A stretch of 64,000 nt of DNA from positions 1,984,001 through 2,048,000 of the forward strand of contig JBHGNT010000020.1 of NCBI GenBank assembly GCA_043228905.1, read 5' to 3'. Of the stretch, positions 59,301 to 64,000 are shown one piece after another. Under the pieces are notes generated by a model that was given only the letters and a program-made list of their open reading frames with translations, did no database searches and had not been told where the DNA came from. The first letter of the stretch is position 1; the number at the start of each line of letters is the position of its first letter. Origin of the DNA: Azolla caroliniana. Lineage: Eukaryota > Plantae > Polypodiophyta. Made by a program: the position numbers and the translations under genes.

Positions 59301-59601
59301 TGTTGAGCGAGCAAGCTCAACCGGATCCGGATTAGCTGGATAAGCCTGAGCCAGATCTGTATCCGGAACTAGGAGCTGGATCAAAGAGATGGATCGGGGA
59401 GCCGGATTCAAATGTAAACCAGAAGGCTAGTAGTAGCCTATACTCCTAGACTACTAGGTAGTCAGAGTCCTCGTAGTTAGTGTCTGCCGCTCGTATGAGC
59501 ATTGAAGTACATAATACTTCTGTCAATCCTTTTGAGGACTTGTATAAATAGTGTTGTTTAGCACGTTAGTTACAGAGTATTATTTTTTAATTGAGTTTAT
59601 G

Positions 59602-59632
<31 letters not shown>

Positions 59633-62600
59633 TCCTGTGTATGCTAAGTACTCTCTAACTTCCCTTGAACCTGTTTTTTATTCTCTGTCTCTACCCGGCT
59701 AAATTGGTTTGTCAAAGCTTCCACATGCTAACTTTTACATGGTATCAAAGCGCGAGGGTTGAGAACCTCTACAACTGACAGACGCTTCCGAAGATAAACC
59801 CTAACACTCGGTGAAGAACAGAAGAGAACCAAAGATGGACAAAGGTATGGCAAGTTCACTTCCCACAAAAAAGCTCGACCGGAGCAACTATGCATCCTGG
59901 TCATATAAGATGCACCAGTACCTGTTGGGGCATGGATATTGGAGGTAGCACCGAAACCGGCACACAAAGACTTCCCGGCATGGGGGCAAGGAGCGAGCCG
60001 AGTATTGTACAACCTCGCATCCTGTGTGCATGATCAGATGCTTGGCTACATCAAGGATGTGAAAACGCCGAAGGAGGCCAGGGAAAATCTACGAAAGATT
60101 TTCGCCACAAGTACCACAACCCATAAGTTGCAGCTCCAGCAAGAGCTAAACAACATCCAGCGGAGAGATATGTCAGTTACGGACTACACCACCAAGATTA
60201 AGGAGATTTGCGATGCACTCGGATCCATCAACGTAACGGTGGAAGAAGACGAGATTGTCCAGATCTGGCATGGTGGTCTATCACAACGGTACGGGCCAAT
60301 CCGGACGGCAATTTGCACCCGGGAGAAGCCACCATCCTTCTTCGACTTACAATCAATGTTGATGGTCGACGAAAACCATGCGAGTGGGTCGAGGACCACT
60401 CAATCGAACAACCGGATGTTGTACACGGAGGCGGATCGGCCCCGTGGGCGTGGAGGATGAGGTGGGTCAGCACGCATTGCAGGCGGCCGGCAAGAGCAGA
60501 ACCGAAGACATTGAGACTATGCCGACAACAATTCCGGACCCTCCACAAGCAAGGGGAGTCAAGCCTGTGTTGGAAACCGGCAAGGAAAGGCCGACACGGA
60601 ATGTTGGTAATGTGGCAAGAAAGGCCACAGAGAAAGCGAGTGCTAGAAGAAGCGTGCCGATTCGTATAAATCCGGATCCGGCAAGACCGGATAGGGAAAC
60701 CGGCAAAACTCGCACGACGCAGAAGGATCGCAAGTATCTAGAACCGGGAAGACCAGAAAGAGGCCAGCCTTTGTGATGAAGCACAAGGCCAAATCAATGA
60801 AGAAGGCCAATTCTAAACCGGAGGAAGTGTGGTACGTTGATTCCGGAGCATCTAACCATATGACGAGCCATGAAGAGTGGTTCTCGTTTTTAGAGAAACT
60901 GGAACAACCGAGGATTGTCGAAACTGGAGATGACACCCCTCACCCAATTGTGCAAGTCGGAGAAGTCCCTTTAAGCCATGTCAGACAAAAGGGAAAGCTT
61001 ATGAACTTATTACACGTTCCGACTATCACAAAGAACCTCATATCGATCGAACAAATAGTCGACCAAGGAATGCAGGTGCGGTTTACACACCTTGGGTGCT
61101 TCATCGAGGAAGAAGGCCGGATAATTGCGCAAGGGCGTAGAGAAGGGAGGATGTTCATCCTCAACACTAATGACGTCGGCACCGCCATGTTTGCCAAAGG
61201 ACAGAAGATTGAATCAGACATCGATCTCTAGCATAAGCGGATCGGCCACGTCAACTACCGGAGGCTTCAAGATCTGCAATCGAAACAGGATGTGTTCGGA
61301 TTGCTGAAGTTTAGTGGCCAGAAGGCCCAAATATGTGAAGCCTGCCAACTCGGGAAGCAACATCGGCTTCCATTCCCCACCGAACGAAACGGAAGTCGTA
61401 ACAAGCTCGACCTAATCCATTCGGATGTATGGGGACTGGCACAAAACGTTCGTCTTGATGGGAGTCGGTATTTCATCTCCTTCATCGGCGACTATACCCA
61501 GCACACGTGGATCTACCTCATCGAGAAGAAACGCGAAGTCTTCGACTATTTCCGGAACCTTCAAAGCTTAGTCGAAAGGGAAATGGAGAGGCAAATCAAG
61601 TGTCTACAGTCGGATGGTGGAAAAGAATACTTTTCTGGCCAATTGAACAGTTATCTGCGGCAAAACAGAATTTAGAGAGAATTCAGCTATCGATACACAC
61701 CGGAAGAAAATGGTGTGGCCAAGAGAAAAAATCTGTCGATTGTCAACGCGGCAAGGGCATTGCTAGAGGAGAAGAGCATGCCCAAATTCTACTGGGCTGA
61801 GGCAGTCCGGACGGTCGTCTACATCCAAAATCAGATCGGTGACAAGGTGTCAGCACACGAGCTGTATTTCGGACGGAAGCCAAATTTGAGGCACCTTCGG
61901 ATCTTCGGTAGCATAACATATGTGCAAGTACCGGATGAGAACTGGAGGAAGCTGGATCTGAAGTCGGAGAAGTGCATCCTAGTCGGTTACTCGCATGAGT
62001 AGAAGAGGTATAAGTGTTATAACCCCCGGACTAAACAGGTCCAAGTAAGCCGAGATGTTGAGTTTGATGAATCGGCATCATAGTACTCTCTACTGACTCC
62101 AACTTCCAACTCTGACCCGATTCCTGAAGATGAGGCTAGTGAGCCCGAAGAGGTCCAGGTAGAAGATGAAGACTTCAGTACTCTAGATGAGAGTCCGATC
62201 TCATTCCGGCTAAGTGGGCCGAATGAGCGGTTGAGTCGGGATGACCAATCGGATGAAGAACCAACGAGTAGTGAAGACTCTACCGTGCTCTCCCCGCGCA
62301 AGGAACCGAGGAGACGGTTCACGCGCAAAGAGAAGGTGAACAAGAAGATGCCGGAATACGATACCGGTAATGAAGGGTCAGATCGGAGCGAATCTGAGCC
62401 CGGAAAGGGAGAAGGCAGATCTTCAAAAATGAAGCCCGAACCGGCCAAGAAGGGCCTCAAACCAGGTAATGACAAGTTACGCCGGTCAACCCGCCAGAAG
62501 AACCATGTCAAGAGGTACGAATATAATGAGTACATGGCGCATCACTATGCATACATGACTAAGGTGGCGGAAGTGCGTGACCCGGAGAGCTACGCAGAAG

Positions 62601-64000
62601 CACCAAAAGACGCAAATTGGTGTGCTTCTATGGAGGAAGAAATGTGGGCACTTGATGCCAACGACACATGGGACCTAGTTGACCCTCCCTGACAGTGTAA
62701 ACCGATCGGATGTAAGTGGCTATATAAGGTGAAGTACAATGTCGACGGTTCGGTCAACCGGTACAAAGCCCAGTTATTGGCGAAGGGATAGGCATAGACG
62801 CACGGAATCGACTATGATGGGACCTTCACTCCCGTAGCGAAGATGATGATGGTTCGTGTGGTCTTGGCTGTTGTTGCGGCAAGGGGGTGGCATCTTCACC
62901 AAATGGACATGAAGAATGCGTTTCTTCAAGGTGACCTTAAAGAACGTGTCTATATGATCCAACCCCCCGGTTTCCAATCGGAGATGAACAAGTCAGCAGT
63001 GTGTCAACTCAAGAAGTCGTTTTACGGTCTGAATTAAGCCCCCTGAGCTTGGAATGAGAAGATCACGCACCGGTTGCGTAAGATGGAGTTTGTGGCCCCA
63101 AAGTCTGACTCGTCAGTATTCATCTGGAACAGTCTAGACGATCTGGTTTGTATCCTACTATATGTAGATGATTTAGTCATCACCGAACCCAGACTTAATA
63201 AAATTGGCCGAGTGAAGTCCTAGCTGTCGGAAGCATTTGAAATGAAGGACCTGGGGGACCTTCATTATTTTCTTGGGATCGAGGTGATGCAGACCCCCGA
63301 TGGCATATTGCTCTCAGAAAGACACTATGTGCTGAATATGTTGTACAAGTTCGGCATGACAGAATGCCGACCGATCTCCACACCCCTGGACCAGAACTTG
63401 AAGCTGCGTTCCAACTCCGGACCGGCCTGCAATGAGAAACGGTTCCGACAAATTGTCGAAAGCCTCATATACTTGACAATCACTCGACCCGACATCAGTT
63501 ACCCAATCGGAGTGATCAGCCAGTTCATGCAGAAGTCGACCGTCGAGCACTTTCAGTGCGCACACCGGATAGTCCAATATGTTAGTGGCACGAAGGACCG
63601 GGGACTGTTATACCGACACGGTATAGCTGGGAAGCTAGTCGGATATACTGATGCCAACTGGGTTGGTGATGCATTGGATCACCGATCCACCTCTGGTTAC
63701 CTGTTTTCTCTTGGTAGTGCGGTTGTTGCGTGGAGCAGCAAAAAGCAGCCAACAACGGCTCTATCGAGCACTGAGGCTGAATATTGGGGTGCTACCATTG
63801 CCACCTATGAAGCCATATGGCTTTGGCGACTGTTGCGTGACCTCCGGATCGAGGTGTCGACCCCAATCATGATCTACTGCAACAACATAAGTAGCATACA
63901 GGTCGCCAAGAACCTTGTATTCCATGCTCGGACAGACAAATCACATAGAAGTGCATTATCACTTTGTCTGTGAGTGGGTCCTGAGTGGTGAAGTTGAACT
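59301..64000 (+). mobile_element. Copia family B copy B3 (degenerate), inserted in the A5 LTR and running off the window
   Basis: 5' LTR 59301-59739 (TG..CA); PBS TGGTATCAAAGC 59740-59751. Confidence 0.92.
59835..64000 (+). pseudogene. gag-pol: gag-pol of B3 with many stops
   Basis: Fragments of gag, WYVDSGAS, HSDVWG, RT and YTDANW RNase H. Confidence 0.9.

Overview
This window is almost entirely a deeply nested stack of LTR retrotransposons from a eukaryote, most likely a land plant (tRNA-Met-i, tRNA-Arg and plant tRNA-Trp primer sites; Tnt1/Tork-like Copia proteins). A bryophyte-like host is my inference only. I found no host gene. Six families could be resolved, many with exact TG..CA termini, PBS, PPT and target-site duplications (TSDs). 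Copia A (Tnt1/Tork-like): A0, A1 1-4005, solo LTR 4626-5417, A2 12098-20865, A3 22131-41755, A4, A5. Copia B: B0, B1 22140-27286, B2 43506-56256, B3 59301 to window end. Copia C: 12584-17230, plus a 3' LTR at 10340-10667. Gypsy D (unusual, Trp-primed): 3' LTR 8906-9303, a copy starting at 10871 whose gag-PR-RT-RH is split into four pieces by later insertions, and a solo LTR 26113-26900 with a 4-bp TSD. Gypsy E (non-chromovirus, 29577-38582) carries a 719-aa extra ORF. Gypsy F (very young chromovirus, 48142-55191) has TG..TA ends. The most interesting points are the fungal-like D lineage with CG-centred 4-bp targets, the extra ORF of E, a regularly spaced hairpin array and a single gag/pol stop in F, two very different capsids on near-identical Copia A pol, a duplicated PPT with a pol tail in family B, and strong CCG/CGG enrichment. 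All coordinates were read by eye and no database searches were run.
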